Of a stretch of DNA of 64,000 bases, positions 1-10,987 are shown in pieces. Below the pieces are notes generated by a model. It searched no databases. It was not told where the DNA came from and saw only the letters and a program-made list of their open reading frames with translations. Source of the DNA: an uncultured delta proteobacterium. GTDB taxonomy: Bacteria; Desulfobacterota; WTBG01. The translations under genes were made by a program, and so were the position numbers. Every line of letters starts with the position of its first letter. The stretch's first letter is position 1. The stretch covers positions 384,001 through 448,000 of the forward strand of contig CAWCBP010000008.1 of assembly GCA_963793865.1 (NCBI GenBank), written 5' to 3'.

Positions 1-7
1 CAGGTTG

Positions 8-155
8 AAATCCAAAATCCAAAGCTCAAAATCCCAAGTAAATCCAAAATTCAAATGACCAAAACAACCCGCGGGCAGGTCCGTTTTTGAACGTTTTGTC
101 ATTTGAACTTTTTCACTTTTCATTTGGGTTTTGTTATTTGAACTTTGTCATTTAT
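8..155. repeat. AT-rich imperfect inverted repeat built from short AAATCCA/TCAAATG-like units
   Basis: The left arm (aaatccaaaatccaaa...ttcaaatgaccaaaac) is complementary to repeated right-arm units (gttttgtcatttgaa, gttttgttatttgaa). Confidence 0.6.
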
Positions 156-227
156 TACTTGGATATGCTCCGTGCTTCGGATTTATAAACATTCCTATTA
201 TTGCTATAAAGATTAAATTAAACAAAT

Positions 228-1040
228 ATGCCCTTTTTTACAACCCCTGATGGCGTGAAAATAAACTACCAGATTGCGGGTAAGGGTAAACCCCTCCTCT
301 TCCTCCACGGATGGGCCATGTGCTCACGGGTATGGAAATATCAGGTGGATTTCTTCGCCGGGCATTATCAGGTAATCTGCCCGGACCTGCCCGGTCATGG
401 GGCTTCTGAATGCCCATCCGGGGCATGCGATTTTGCGTCGCTCACCCGTGACATTGCACGGTTCATTGAGGGTCTGGAGCTGAACCGGGTTACGCTCATT
501 GGATGGTCGATCGGCGCGTCCGTGGCCATATTGCTGGCCGCGTCACATCGGCTGCCGGTCGATTCGCTGGTGCTGGTTGACGGCACCCCCAGCTTTATGG
601 CGCGGGATGATTTTCCCCACGGCCTTTCTGCCGCCTCGTTAAGGCGGATGCTCAAGCTGGCAGATGCCGATTTTGGCCGCGCGCTCCGGGAGTTTCACGG
701 CCTTCTGCTCTCCGAAGAGGATCAGGCGCTGCCCTCCGGAGATGAAATCCGGGAGCTTCTGACGGATGAGCAGTATCTTCCCCGGCGGGACGCGGCCCGG
801 AGCCTGCTTGCCTCCCTGGCCCGCGAAGACCTGCGGGAGAATCTCGGCAGCATCAACATTCCCTCCTTGCTTACGCACGGAGATCAGGATACAATCTGCC
901 CGCCCGGGGCTTCCGCGTACATGCAGGAACGCCTTGCCGGGGCGGAGATGATCACCTTTGCCGGCGCGGGGCACGCGCCCTTTCTCACCCGGGCCGATTT
1001 CTTCAACCGCTCGCTTGCGTCCTTTCTTTGCTCATTATGA
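228..1040 (+). CDS. bioH: Pimeloyl-ACP methyl ester carboxylesterase (alpha/beta hydrolase)
   Basis: Motifs LHGW, nucleophile GWSIG and C-terminal GHAPF; first gene of a bioC-bioA-bioD run. Confidence 0.85.
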   Translation: MPFFTTPDGVKINYQIAGKGKPLLFLHGWAMCSRVWKYQVDFFAGHYQVICPDLPGHGASECPSGACDFASLTRDIARFIEGLELNRVTLIGWSIGASVAILLAASHRLPVDSLVLVDGTPSFMARDDFPHGLSAASLRRMLKLADADFGRALREFHGLLLSEEDQALPSGDEIRELLTDEQYLPRRDAARSLLASLAREDLRENLGSINIPSLLTHGDQDTICPPGASAYMQERLAGAEMITFAGAGHAPFLTRADFFNRSLASFLCSL

Positions 1041-1866
1041 TGGACAAGAATAAAATAAAGCGCTCATTCAATGACCACGCTGCATCCTATGATGGATCGG
1101 CCCATCTGCAGCGGCGGGTGGCTGAAGAGCTGGCTGCGCGAATTAAGACTCTCGGACTGTGCCCCTCAGCCGTACTGGATATCGGCACGGGGACGGGGTA
1201 TATCCCGCTCAGCCTGGGTCAGCTGTTCCCCGCGGCATCCATACAGGCCTGTGACCTGGCCCGGGGCATGCTCCTGGTGGCGCGGAACAAAAGCGACGGC
1301 TGTCGCGGCAGCCCATCTCCGGTTTTGTCAATGCCGATGCCGAGTTCCTTCCCTATCGGAGTGGCGCCTTTGACCTGGTGGTTTCAAATCTTGCCTACCA
1401 GTGGCTTGACGATTGGAAGGCTGCGTTTCGGGAGGCTTCCAGAGTGCTGCGTGCAGGGGGCGTCTTCTGCTTTACCACCCTCGGAAGCAGCACCCTTTTT
1501 GAGCTCAGGGATTCCTACCGGCACTCTTTTCATGCGCGGGGAAGCGGGGCTTTGCCCGCCCTTCACGAATTTATCCGGCATGATGACCTGCAGCGTATCC
1601 TTGAAAGCGAAGCATTCGGGGAGGTGTCGGTGCAGCGCAGGCTGGAAAGGGAGTACCATGCCGATGTCAGGCAGCTTTTAATCGGCTTAAAGGCCATCGG
1701 CGCGCAGAACGGTTCTAACAACCGGCTCTCCCGCCCGGGCAGGCCGAAGGTGTTCCGGGGGATGATCGAGGTATATGAGAGCAGGTACCGGGATCCAAAG
1801 GGCATTCCGGCCACCTATGAACTTCTTTTCGGTTTCGGGCGGAAAGCGGTGCAGCAGCAGATATGA
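1037..1866 (+). CDS. bioC: Malonyl-ACP O-methyltransferase; reading frame broken by two apparent +1 homopolymer insertions
   Basis: N-terminal F..AASYD..A.LQ..VA and SAM motif VLDIGTGTG, later DLVVSNLAYQW and PATYE. Removing one A (1289-1292) and one T (1323-1326) gives continuous RNKATAVAAAHLRFVNADAEFLPY. Confidence 0.85.
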
Positions 1867-3260
1867 AAAATGACGAGCAGAGGTACCGGCAGTCGGAACT
1901 GGAAGCATGGGATAAGCGTTATCTGTGGCATCCCTTCACCCAGATGCGGGATTACTGCAACGAGAGCCCGCTTATCATAGAGCGGGGGGAAGGTTCGTTT
2001 CTCTTTGACATCAACGGCAACCGGTACCTGGACGGGGTTTCATCGCTCTGGGTCAACCTGCACGGGCACCGGCGGGAGGAGATTGACCGGGCAATCATCA
2101 GCCAGGTTCAGCAGGTGTCCCACTCCACGCTGCTTGGCATATCCAATGTTCCCGCCATTGCCCTGGCGAAAAAAATGGCGGAGATCGCGCCCCCGGGCTT
2201 AAGCAGGGTTTTTTATTCGGATGACGGGTCCACGGCGGTTGAAATCGCGCTCAAGATAGCCTTCCAATACTGGCAGCAAAAAAAGTCCCCGAACCAGCGG
2301 AAGAGCAGGTTTATATCACTGGACTATGCCTATCATGGCGATACCCTGGGCGCGGTGAGCGTGGGCGGCATCGACACCTTCCACCAACTCTACAGGCCGC
2401 TGCTCTTCTCCACCTTCCGCATTCCCTCCCCCTACTGTTACCGCTGCAGCCTGGACAGGAGCTATCCCTCCTGCGGCCTGGAATGTCTGAACCGGGCGGA
2501 AGAAGTCATCAGGCAGCACCATGAGGAGGTCGCCGCGCTGATCATCGAGCCCCTGGTCCAGGGCGCGGCAGGCATGATTGTCGCTCCGCAGGGATATCTG
2601 AAAGAGATCCGGCGATTATGCGCCGCATATGATCTGCTGCTCATCGCCGATGAAGTGGCGGTCGGCTTCGGCAGGACGGGCACCATGTTTGCCTGTGAGC
2701 AGGAAGGGGTGGTCCCGGACCTGCTCTGTGTTGCCAAGGGTATTACCGGGGGATATCTGCCCCTGGCGGCGACGCTTGCCACCGAAGCCATATACGAAGC
2801 GTTTTTGGGCGAGCACCAAGAGCTTAAGACCTTCTTTCACGGACACTCCTACACCGGCAATCCGCTTGCCTGCAGCGCCGCTTTGGCCAATCTCTCCATC
2901 TTTGAGAGCGATCGAACCCTGGAGACGCTGCAGCCCAAGATCGCCTTTCTGCAGGAGAAGCTGCAGCGGTTTTCCGCGCTGTCTCACGTGGGCGAGGTGC
3001 GGCAGAAGGGATTCATGGCGGGGATTGAACTGGTTGCGGACAGGGAGAGCAAAAGGCCCTTTCCCCCGGAAAGGAAGACAGGCATACGGGTCATCCAGGA
3101 AGCGAGAAAGCGGGGGCTGATCATCAGGCCTCTTGGCGATGTGATTGTCATCATGCCGCCCCTGAGCATTGACCTCGAGCACCTTCAAGAGTTGCTGACC
3201 ATTGTGTTTGACTCCATCGAAAGCGTGACCAACTTGAATCCTCGAACCCCTGACCCCTAA
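1863..3260 (+). CDS. bioA: Adenosylmethionine-8-amino-7-oxononanoate aminotransferase
   Basis: LWHPFTQM, YHGDT, DEVAVGFGRTG and AKGITGGYLPL (PLP lysine); bio operon context. Confidence 0.95.
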   Translation: MKNDEQRYRQSELEAWDKRYLWHPFTQMRDYCNESPLIIERGEGSFLFDINGNRYLDGVSSLWVNLHGHRREEIDRAIISQVQQVSHSTLLGISNVPAIALAKKMAEIAPPGLSRVFYSDDGSTAVEIALKIAFQYWQQKKSPNQRKSRFISLDYAYHGDTLGAVSVGGIDTFHQLYRPLLFSTFRIPSPYCYRCSLDRSYPSCGLECLNRAEEVIRQHHEEVAALIIEPLVQGAAGMIVAPQGYLKEIRRLCAAYDLLLIADEVAVGFGRTGTMFACEQEGVVPDLLCVAKGITGGYLPLAATLATEAIYEAFLGEHQELKTFFHGHSYTGNPLACSAALANLSIFESDRTLETLQPKIAFLQEKLQRFSALSHVGEVRQKGFMAGIELVADRESKRPFPPERKTGIRVIQEARKRGLIIRPLGDVIVIMPPLSIDLEHLQELLTIVFDSIESVTNLNPRTPDP

Positions 3261-3301
3261 ACATGCAATCGTAACCCGATAGCAGCTTAAGAGGTGCATC
3301 C

Positions 3302-4018
3302 GTGTCGCAGGGTGTCTTTATTACGGGAACGGATACGGGAGTGGGAAAGACCCTCATCGCCGGGGCACTGGCTGCCTGCTACCGTAAAGGCGGAGTTCGC
3401 GCCGGTGTCATGAAGCCGGTGGAAAGCGGATGCAGGCGGCTGGAAGACGGCCTGCATCCTGACGACGCGCTCTTTTTAAAAAAGATGGCCGCATCGGCTG
3501 ACGCCCTGGATGATATTGTTCCCTACCGGCTGGAGCAGCCGCTCACTCCGAGCGTGGCCGCGGCGCTTGCCGGCGTTACCATTGATCTTGAAGTGATCAA
3601 CCGCTCCTACCGCCGCATTGCGGGAAGAAACGACATCGTGCTGGTGGAGGGTGCGGGCGGATTGCTGGCGCCGATTTTCCAGCGTCTGACCGCTGTGGAT
3701 TTGATACGGCTGCTGCGGACACCCCTGATTATTGTGGCGCGCAACGCCCTCGGCACCATCAATCACACCCTGCTGACGGTTGAGCACGCGCGCAGAAGCG
3801 GGCTTGACGTGCTCGGCATCATCGTGAATCAATGCAGCCCCTCCCCGGACCTCTCCGCCGAAACCAATCCCGGCATTATAGAACGGCTGTCGGGGCTTCC
3901 GCTGCTGGGTGTGCTGCCGTATCTTCCGGCATCCGTCCGGGAGGACCCGTCGCTCCTTGCGGAGGTAGTCAGCCGGGAGGTGCGCATGGAACTGTTGGGG
4001 TTTGGGAAGAGGGGATGA
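3302..4018 (+). CDS. bioD: Dethiobiotin synthase
   Basis: FITGTDTGVGKT P-loop, KPVESG, VEGAGG and LGTINHTLL. Confidence 0.95.
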   Translation: MSQGVFITGTDTGVGKTLIAGALAACYRKGGVRAGVMKPVESGCRRLEDGLHPDDALFLKKMAASADALDDIVPYRLEQPLTPSVAAALAGVTIDLEVINRSYRRIAGRNDIVLVEGAGGLLAPIFQRLTAVDLIRLLRTPLIIVARNALGTINHTLLTVEHARRSGLDVLGIIVNQCSPSPDLSAETNPGIIERLSGLPLLGVLPYLPASVREDPSLLAEVVSREVRMELLGFGKRG

Positions 4019-4060
4019 CAAAAACTCTCCGCATCATGATGTGAGAACAAATAATGGAGA

Positions 4061-4168
4061 TGGAGGGACGCGCTCCATCGCGTCCGCATTCACTGCACGG
4101 CCACAACGGAGTGTGGCCCTCCATTATTAACCTGTCATTTCGAAGGAGCAGGCGCGACTGAGAAATCT
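4061..4168. repeat. TGGAG-family REP doublet (4061-4123) plus a TGTCA-type REP half (4133-4168)
   Basis: tggagggacgcgctccatcgcgtccg...cggccacaacggagtgtggccctcca is the reverse-orientation version of the copies at 17707, 25558 and 56042. Confidence 0.75.
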
Positions 4169-4199
4169 TGCACGTGAATTGTACTGTAGGGCGAAGCAG

Positions 4200-4691
4200 A
4201 TGGTTTTAAAAAGGATGGTATTAATCTCGGTTATGTTGGCCTGCGGATTGGCTATCGCGGATGCGGTACCGGTTTTCGGAGAGCAGATGGCTGACAGGTC
4301 ACCTTTGAAGGGTGATCAGGTGATGCCGGCTCATGACCTCTTTGACCGCGTCATCGAGATGGCCGGGGGTGCCGCCAATGAGGATGAGCTCCGGCAATGG
4401 ATGGAAAATGACCCCCCGGTTCAGGAGGCCGGCATCAACCCCGACTCTGATCTCATGATCAGCGGCGTTTACACCGGGGACTGCTACCTGACCCCGCTCA
4501 TCTGCCTCTTCGAGACCGTTACGCCTGATTTGAGCTGCGTGTATAACTGCATCGGGATGCGGGGCTCCGGCGAGGTGATCCGCCGGAACGCGGAGGAGTG
4601 TGATTTTATGGCGGGCTGCATATTGTTCGAGAACTGCCTGACGCTGTGCATGACCATTATACCGCATGATTTTCCCTCAGTTATCCGGTAA
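4200..4691 (+). CDS. Hypothetical secreted protein with Cys-rich C-terminus
   Basis: Signal-peptide-like N-terminus and eight Cys in the last ~70 aa. Start uncertain; the TTG at 4179 lies next to a REP. Confidence 0.6.
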   Translation: MVLKRMVLISVMLACGLAIADAVPVFGEQMADRSPLKGDQVMPAHDLFDRVIEMAGGAANEDELRQWMENDPPVQEAGINPDSDLMISGVYTGDCYLTPLICLFETVTPDLSCVYNCIGMRGSGEVIRRNAEECDFMAGCILFENCLTLCMTIIPHDFPSVIR

Positions 4692-4867
4692 GGTGCCTCG
4701 GGGAGATAATCAGCTTGCCGTACTGATGGGGTCCTGATATGGTAAGGATAATCGCAGCGGATGGAAAGCATAAAGAGGAAGATGCGGAATTGGTTTGTGG
4801 AATTGCAGGCGACGATTTAAAAAGCGGCAGAACAGCAAACCGGGGTATATGAGGAGGTGATGGCAAT

Positions 4868-5239
4868 ATGAAGGCAGCAACGATTGTCCTTTTACTGCTC
4901 ATTCCGGTGGTGGCAGTTGCCCAGAATTTTCCGGGCATGAGCGAGGCAGACATGCAGAAGATGGAGCAGATGCAGTCGTGCATGGAAAAGATTGATGAGG
5001 CGAAATTAAAAGCAATTGAGCAACGCTCATCTCAGATCGAAGCGGAGATAAAATCCCTGTGCGCCGGCGGCAAGAGGGCCGAGGCGCAGGCAAAGGCGGA
5101 GGCGTTCGGCAAGGAAATGGCGAAGGACCCCACCATGCAGGCCATGAGCAAGTGCGGCGAGATGATGAAAGGAATGATGCCCAAAGTGCCTTATGTGGAC
5201 CAGGGGAAGGGATCTTCCGGTCGTCATGTGTGTGATTGA
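4868..5239 (+). CDS. Hypothetical Met-rich exported helical protein
   Basis: Strong RBS GAGGAGGTG and signal peptide ending AVA-Q; rich in Met and Lys, four Cys. Confidence 0.75.
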   Translation: MKAATIVLLLLIPVVAVAQNFPGMSEADMQKMEQMQSCMEKIDEAKLKAIEQRSSQIEAEIKSLCAGGKRAEAQAKAEAFGKEMAKDPTMQAMSKCGEMMKGMMPKVPYVDQGKGSSGRHVCD

Positions 5240-5303
5240 TTGCAGGGGAGAGCTGCTCAAACCGGCGGCCGCAATGACCACGGGGTGAAAAGCAAACAGG
5301 TCA

Positions 5304-7752
5304 TCACCAGACCGGGATAATGCCTCCCGTATCCGTTTCCTGGAAGGGGACCCACACCAGGGCGGTGAGCGCCACGGAGATGTCCTTCTTTTTGGGCTTT
5401 ATGGCAAGCTGCTCGAGCGTCTCCGTCAGGGGGTCCGTACTTTTCCGTGCAGCCTCCGTTTCCTCCGCCAACAGCGCGTGAAGTCGCTGCCAGCCCCTTT
5501 CTCAGCTCATCGACGTTTTCCTCCGCCCGTTCCACATCTTTGGTCTCTTTCAGAATGCGGCCGGCGCGGCCTGCCGTCGTCGAAGCCCGCCCGAGGGTGG
5601 ACCGGCTCCCCTTTCTTCTGCTCAACATGGCGTCGAAAATGGTGGTCCCCAGTGAAAGCGCGGTCTGCAGCTTTTGCTGCTGCGCCTGCTCCTTTTCCCG
5701 GTCCACCGCCTGCTCCGCCCTGCGAATGCGCTCCTCGAGGGCGGCGATTTTTTCCGTGTACTTCCTGCTGATGCGGTCAATCAGCGCGTCCCTCATTTCG
5801 CGGGCCGCCGTCTGCAGGCGGATTCTGAAATCGCGCTCGCTTTCTCCCGGCCGGGACACCTCACCGAGCGAAGGACTCTTCATCAGGCTGACGGTCATGT
5901 TCCGGTACAGCCACTCATGAAATGATTTTCCCCAGAGGGGGTAATTGCCCTTTGCCGATGCGTTTTTCGGCAGATCGCGGTAAGAGGCATCGGGATCATC
6001 GGGGAACTTTTCCAGGCTGCTGTCGGGAAGGGTCACCCGATCCGCCCTGTCCCAATCAATGAGGGAGGAGGTTTCAGGAATCTCTGAGAGCAGTCCAATC
6101 TGTTCTTTGGCTGCCGCTCCCGCCGCCGCATCGGCGTAGTAAATGGTGCCGATACAGAGCAGCATTGGTTCGTACAACAGCCGCCCGCCTTCTTTTTTTT
6201 CTTCCTGCACGGGAACGAAATATTCGGGAATTCCCGGAGGCGTAATGGGACGTTGGGATGTGGCGGCGGCGGCAGCCCTTGTGGCAGGGGTCTGCTGCGA
6301 AGGTTCAGGGGCGGGCTGGGCGGCCGGCGGGATCGATGATCGCTTTTCATCCATCAGCAGCTTTATCTGGTCCCGGGTGAGCGGACCGCCGAGGTAGGAC
6401 ATGGCCCACCGGGTTTCAAAGGTCAGGGGCTCATCATCATGGACGTTGTTCATGAGAAAGACCCGCTTTCCCAGCCGGGAGATGGTCTGCTCAAGCCGCT
6501 GACGGTCGAATCGTCCGCCGGCGCTTCCCGCGGCGCCCTCCAGCCCTTCAATCATGCGCGCCTTGTCCCGTTCGGTCTGCAGCCTGCCGATGAACCAGGT
6601 GCCGATATTGGAAAGGCCGCGGTAGTCGAGGTCCACGGGATTCTGGGTGGCCAGAAGACAGCCCAGCCCGAAGGCCCGCGCCTGTTTCAGCAGGGTGATC
6701 AGCGGTTGTTTCGAGGGAGGATTTGCCACCGGGGGAAAGTAGCCGTAAATTTCATCCATGTACAGCAGGGCCCGGAGGCTGGTCGTCCCGGGCTGTGTGC
6801 GCATCCATCCCACCACCTGAGTGAGCAGCAGGGAGACAAAAAACATCCGCTCGGCATCGTTTAAGTGGGCGATGGAAAATATGGACACCCGCGGTTTCCC
6901 CTGCGCGGTGTACAGCATCCCGTCCATGTCCAGCGGCTCACCCTGCAGCCAGGACTGGAACCCCGGGGCTGCCAGCAGATTGTTCAGGCGCATTGCCAGC
7001 GCAAAGCGGTCCTTGGAGGAAAAAAAGGATTCCAGGTCGAAGATGCCGATTTTTTCCACCGGCGGCGACTGGATGGCCATGATTAATCCGGGAAGGTCAA
7101 GCGACTGACCGTTTTTCCATGCCCCGTCAAGGATGGTTGAAATCAGGATGTGTTCCCTGCTCTGAAGGGGATCCGCTTGGATGCCCAGCAGGTTGAGCAT
7201 GCCGGTGACCGTCACCGTGATTCTTTCCCGCAGCAGGTCGCTGTCGTTAAGGATGACCGGGGCGGGGGATTCAAATGATTTGAGTATGGACACGGGGAGA
7301 CCGGCACTGCTGCCGGGCGTGTAAATGGAAAAGTCAACCGCCTCCCGCAGCCGCCCGATACGTGCCTTGTCCTGCCCCCATTCGGCCAGCCCCTTTTCCC
7401 AGAGTCGCGCCTGGCTTTCGGCATAGGCCTCCCGCGACAGCCCCTGCTTGCGCGCGTCTTCTTCATTGACCCAGGGGAGGAAAGAGGAAGCGCTGAGATC
7501 GGGGAAGGTGAGCAGGAGGTTGGCAAGGTCCCCCTTGGGATCAACGACGATGGAGGGGATACCGTCAAGGGCGGCTTCCTCCAGCAGCCCGATGCAGAGG
7601 CCGGTTTTCCCGCTGCCGGTCATCCCCACGCACACCGCGTGCGTCAGCAGGTCCTTTGATTCATACAGCAGGAGGTTGTCCTTCCGCCGGCCCGCTTCGC
7701 TGTCATACTCCCGCCCCAGGTAGAAAATCCCCAGCTTTTCAAAATCTTCCAT
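5304..7752 (-). CDS. HerA/FtsK-superfamily P-loop ATPase (DUF87/DUF853-like) with coiled-coil tail; apparent +1 frameshift near 5490
   Basis: Walker A GMTGSGKT, DPKGD, Walker B YMDE, LLKQARAFG and ATQNP. The alternative frame after ~5490 reads LHALLAEETE...TDPLTETLEQLAIKPKKKDISV...VWVP..PVW to TGA at 5304. Confidence 0.8.
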
Positions 7753-7852
7753 GATCATCCTTTATTCTTAATATGGGGTCAGGTCTTGAATTATCAGTTT
7801 TCTTCACCTATGACTTGATCCGAAAGAAACTTCAAATGTTTTTGGCGAGTCT

Positions 7853-10528
7853 TTAATGTGCCTCGCTCCAGGAGTTTCCCCAGCTTACCTCCACTTCGAG
7901 CGGGACAATCAGGGTCATCACCTTTTCCATTTCTTCCTTCACCAGGGCGCTCACCGCGGTCAGCTCATCCCGGGGTACCTCGAAGACCAGCTCGTCATGC
8001 ACCTGGATGATCATCCGGGTTTTGAGCCGTTCGCCTTTTATCCGGTTGTGAATGGCGATCATGGCCATTTTAATCATGTCCGAGGCGGTGCCCTGGATGG
8101 GGGTGTTGATGGCGGTGCGCTCGGCAAACTGGCGCGCCGCCAGGTTCCTGCTGTTGATCTCGGGAAGGTAGCGGCGCCGCTTCATCAAAGTGCTGACATA
8201 TCCTTTTTCCTTTGCCTCCCTGAGCTCGCTGTCGATGTAATTCTTCACCCCCTGGTATTTACGGAAGTAATTTTCAATGAAGGCGCTTGCCGCTTTGGGG
8301 GTGATGCCGAGTTCCTGCGCCAGGCCGAAGCTGCTCATGCCGTAAATGATGCCGAAATTAATCACCTTGGCTTCCCGCCTCATCCCTTCAGTGACCAGAT
8401 TGGGCATCAGCCCGAATATTTCGGCGGCGGTGCGCCGGTGAATGTCCTCCCTGCGCTTGAAGGATTCGATCAGGAGTTCGTCCTGTGAGAGGTGGGCCAG
8501 GATGCGCAGCTCGATCTGGGAGTAGTCGGCGGAAAGGATCTCCCAGCCGTCTGCGGCTATGAACGCATCCCTGATTTTTCTCCCCTCCGCGCTGCGGATG
8601 GGGATGTTCTGAAGGTTGGGGTTGCTGCTGCTGAGCCTGCCGGTGGCGGTGACGGTCTGGTTGTAGGAGGTGTGGATGCGCCCGGTGTCCGGGCTGATCA
8701 GGCCGAGCAGGGCATCCACGTAGGTGGACTTGAGCTTGCTGATGCTGCGGTATTTGAGCACTTCGGCGGGCAGGGGGTGAATCTGGGACAGGCCCGTCAG
8801 CATGGCAACATCGGTGGAATAACCGGTTTTCGTCTTTTTCGCCCCGGGGAGCTGCAATTTTTCAAACAGGATCCTGCCGAGCTGCTGGGGCGAATTAATG
8901 TTAAATTCCTCGCCTGCCGCCTGGTAGATGGTTTGCGTGGCGGTATTAAGAAAATCTTCAAACTCTTTTCCCCGTTCGCGCAGTGTTTCAGTATCGATCT
9001 TAACGCCGTTCATTTCCATGGTGGCCAGCACCTCGATCAGCGGCAGCTCCACCTCGTAGAAAAGCCGGTCGAACCCCTCCCGGCTGAGCCGGGGCAGCAG
9101 CAATGCCGCTGCCTCAAGGGACAGCCGGCAGCGCTCGCAGGCGTAGTTCGAAACCTGGCCGGCATCGATCTGATCGAACGCCAGCTCCTTTCTGCCGCTG
9201 CCCGCGAGCTCCTTGTAGGAAAGCATCTTATGGTCAAGCCATTCCAGCGCGATCTCCTCCAGGCTATGGCTGTGCTTTCCGGGGTTGAGCAGATAGGAGG
9301 CCACCATGCTGTCGGAGGTGATGCCCCTGAGCTCGATGCCGAAGCGCCTGAACTGAATGATTTCGTGCTTGATGTTGTGTCCGTATTTCCTGATGCGCTC
9401 ATCCTCAAGGACCGGCTTCAACTGCTGAAGCACCCACTCCCGGTCGCAGCCGCCTTCATCGCCGGCGTGCGCGGGAGTGAGCGGCAGGTAGAACACCCGG
9501 TCCGCGTCCGCGGCAAGTGATATTCCCGACGGCTTGCTGCCAAAAGGTTCCAGGTCGGCGGGCATGCAGTTGAGCGCGCACTGACGCGCCTCCCTGATCT
9601 GCGAAAGCACTTGCATGCATGCTTCCCTGGTGGTCGCCAGCTGAGAGCACTGCGCGACGGCCGCCGGCGCGGGGGTGATGGCCTGGAGAAAGGTGGTGAA
9701 CTCAAGCTGCTTGAAAAGCTCCTTCAGTTTTTCACGGTCGGGGGGCGCCACTTTCAGATCGTCGGGCTGATAGTTGAGCGGGACGGCGCTGTCAAGGGTT
9801 ACCAGCTGGCGGCTCAGGAGCGCCTTGTCGCTGCAGGCAATGAGATGCTCACGCACCTTCCGGGAATCGACCTTGTCGACATTCCTGAGCAGGTTCTCTA
9901 TGCTATCAAATTCCCCGATCAGCTTGATGGCGGTTTTTTTACCGATGCCGGGTACTCCCGGGACATTGTCCGAGGTGTCCCCGACCAGCCCCAGGAAATC
10001 CACCACCCGCTCCGGTTTTACCCCGAGGTGTTCGAGAACGCCTGCCGGGTCAAACCGCTTGTCGCGCATGGTGTCAATGACGGTGGTATGATCGCTGACC
10101 AGCTGCAGCAGGTCCTTATCACCGCTGACGATACAGACGTCCATGCCCCTGCGTTCCTCGGCCCGGGCAATGGTGGCGATGATGTCGTCAGCCTCAAAAC
10201 CTTCCAGCTCGAGGCTTTTGATGTTGAACCCCTTCACGATCTCCTTGATAAAGGGGACCTGGGCTATGAGGTTATCGGGCATCCGGGGGCGGTTGGCCTT
10301 GTATTCCTGATAGACTTCGTGCCGGAAGGTGGGCGCGGGGGTATCATAGGCAATGGCGAGATGGGCAGGATGGTAGTCATTGATGATCTTGAGCAGCATG
10401 CTGGTGAAGCCGTACACGGCATTGGTGGGCTGACCGGCGGAGTTTGAAAGGTAGGGGATGGCAAAAAAAGCCCGGTAGATGTAAGAACTGCCATCGATAA
10501 GAAAGAGGGTCTGTCGCCCGGCCATCAC
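7853..10528 (-). CDS. polA: DNA polymerase I
   Basis: 5'-exonuclease IDGSSYIYRAFFA; polymerase motifs TGRLSSSNPNLQNIP, DYSQIELR, KVINFGIIYG and QVHDEL. Confidence 0.98.
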   Translation of the reverse strand: MMAGRQTLFLIDGSSYIYRAFFAIPYLSNSAGQPTNAVYGFTSMLLKIINDYHPAHLAIAYDTPAPTFRHEVYQEYKANRPRMPDNLIAQVPFIKEIVKGFNIKSLELEGFEADDIIATIARAEERRGMDVCIVSGDKDLLQLVSDHTTVIDTMRDKRFDPAGVLEHLGVKPERVVDFLGLVGDTSDNVPGVPGIGKKTAIKLIGEFDSIENLLRNVDKVDSRKVREHLIACSDKALLSRQLVTLDSAVPLNYQPDDLKVAPPDREKLKELFKQLEFTTFLQAITPAPAAVAQCSQLATTREACMQVLSQIREARQCALNCMPADLEPFGSKPSGISLAADADRVFYLPLTPAHAGDEGGCDREWVLQQLKPVLEDERIRKYGHNIKHEIIQFRRFGIELRGITSDSMVASYLLNPGKHSHSLEEIALEWLDHKMLSYKELAGSGRKELAFDQIDAGQVSNYACERCRLSLEAAALLLPRLSREGFDRLFYEVELPLIEVLATMEMNGVKIDTETLRERGKEFEDFLNTATQTIYQAAGEEFNINSPQQLGRILFEKLQLPGAKKTKTGYSTDVAMLTGLSQIHPLPAEVLKYRSISKLKSTYVDALLGLISPDTGRIHTSYNQTVTATGRLSSSNPNLQNIPIRSAEGRKIRDAFIAADGWEILSADYSQIELRILAHLSQDELLIESFKRREDIHRRTAAEIFGLMPNLVTEGMRREAKVINFGIIYGMSSFGLAQELGITPKAASAFIENYFRKYQGVKNYIDSELREAKEKGYVSTLMKRRRYLPEINSRNLAARQFAERTAINTPIQGTASDMIKMAMIAIHNRIKGERLKTRMIIQVHDELVFEVPRDELTAVSALVKEEMEKVMTLIVPLEVEVSWGNSWSEAH

Positions 10529-10606
10529 GCATACCTGGTGTGAAATTGTCCGGGTCAGGCAGGCCTTTTTACGATTGCAAAGGCGCTGGTTCCCGGCATC
10601 CCGGAA

Positions 10607-10987
10607 TCATTTCAGCGTTCTGGTGTGGTCAATGGTAAAATCGAAGTGATGGGTGTAGAAGGGTATTACGATATCCCCTTCCCAGGATACCTGGATGGTA
10701 ACCGTCTGGTCGTTTCGCTCCGCCACGATATTGTCCAGGGTGATGTCCACGCCGCGGCTCCGTGCCTCGATCAGTACCGCTTCGGCTATGTCCCGGTTGG
10801 AGCGGTAGGTCTTTGCTTTCCAGTCCTCGGCCGCATCCCCGGCGATCTGAAAGGCTTTCTTGTCCAGAAAATATTTTGCCATGTACACCCTGCCGAATTT
10901 GTAACCCACATAGCCTCCGGCAATGATAAGCGCTGTAATAAAAAGGCATCCGAGATTTATTCTGCCGCGCATGCGAAAGTGCTTCAT
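10607..10987 (-). CDS. Membrane-anchored protein with pilin-like N-terminal helix (DUF4845-like)
   Basis: RBS AAGGAGG before ATG 10987; RG-x-x-LGCL followed by one hydrophobic helix. Confidence 0.6.
   Translation of the reverse strand: MKHFRMRGRINLGCLFITALIIAGGYVGYKFGRVYMAKYFLDKKAFQIAGDAAEDWKAKTYRSNRDIAEAVLIEARSRGVDITLDNIVAERNDQTVTIQVSWEGDIVIPFYTHHFDFTIDHTRTLK

Noticed and set aside
7775..7821. GGGGTCAGGTCTTG repeat between polA and the ATPase
   Set aside because: It is a single copy with a very degenerate right arm and cannot be supported from this window.
7856..10447. Long plus-strand ORFs (210-342 aa) opposite polA, and similar shadow ORFs opposite mfd, valS and the CoA-transferase
   Set aside because: These are antisense shadows of GC-rich genes with no recognisable motifs.
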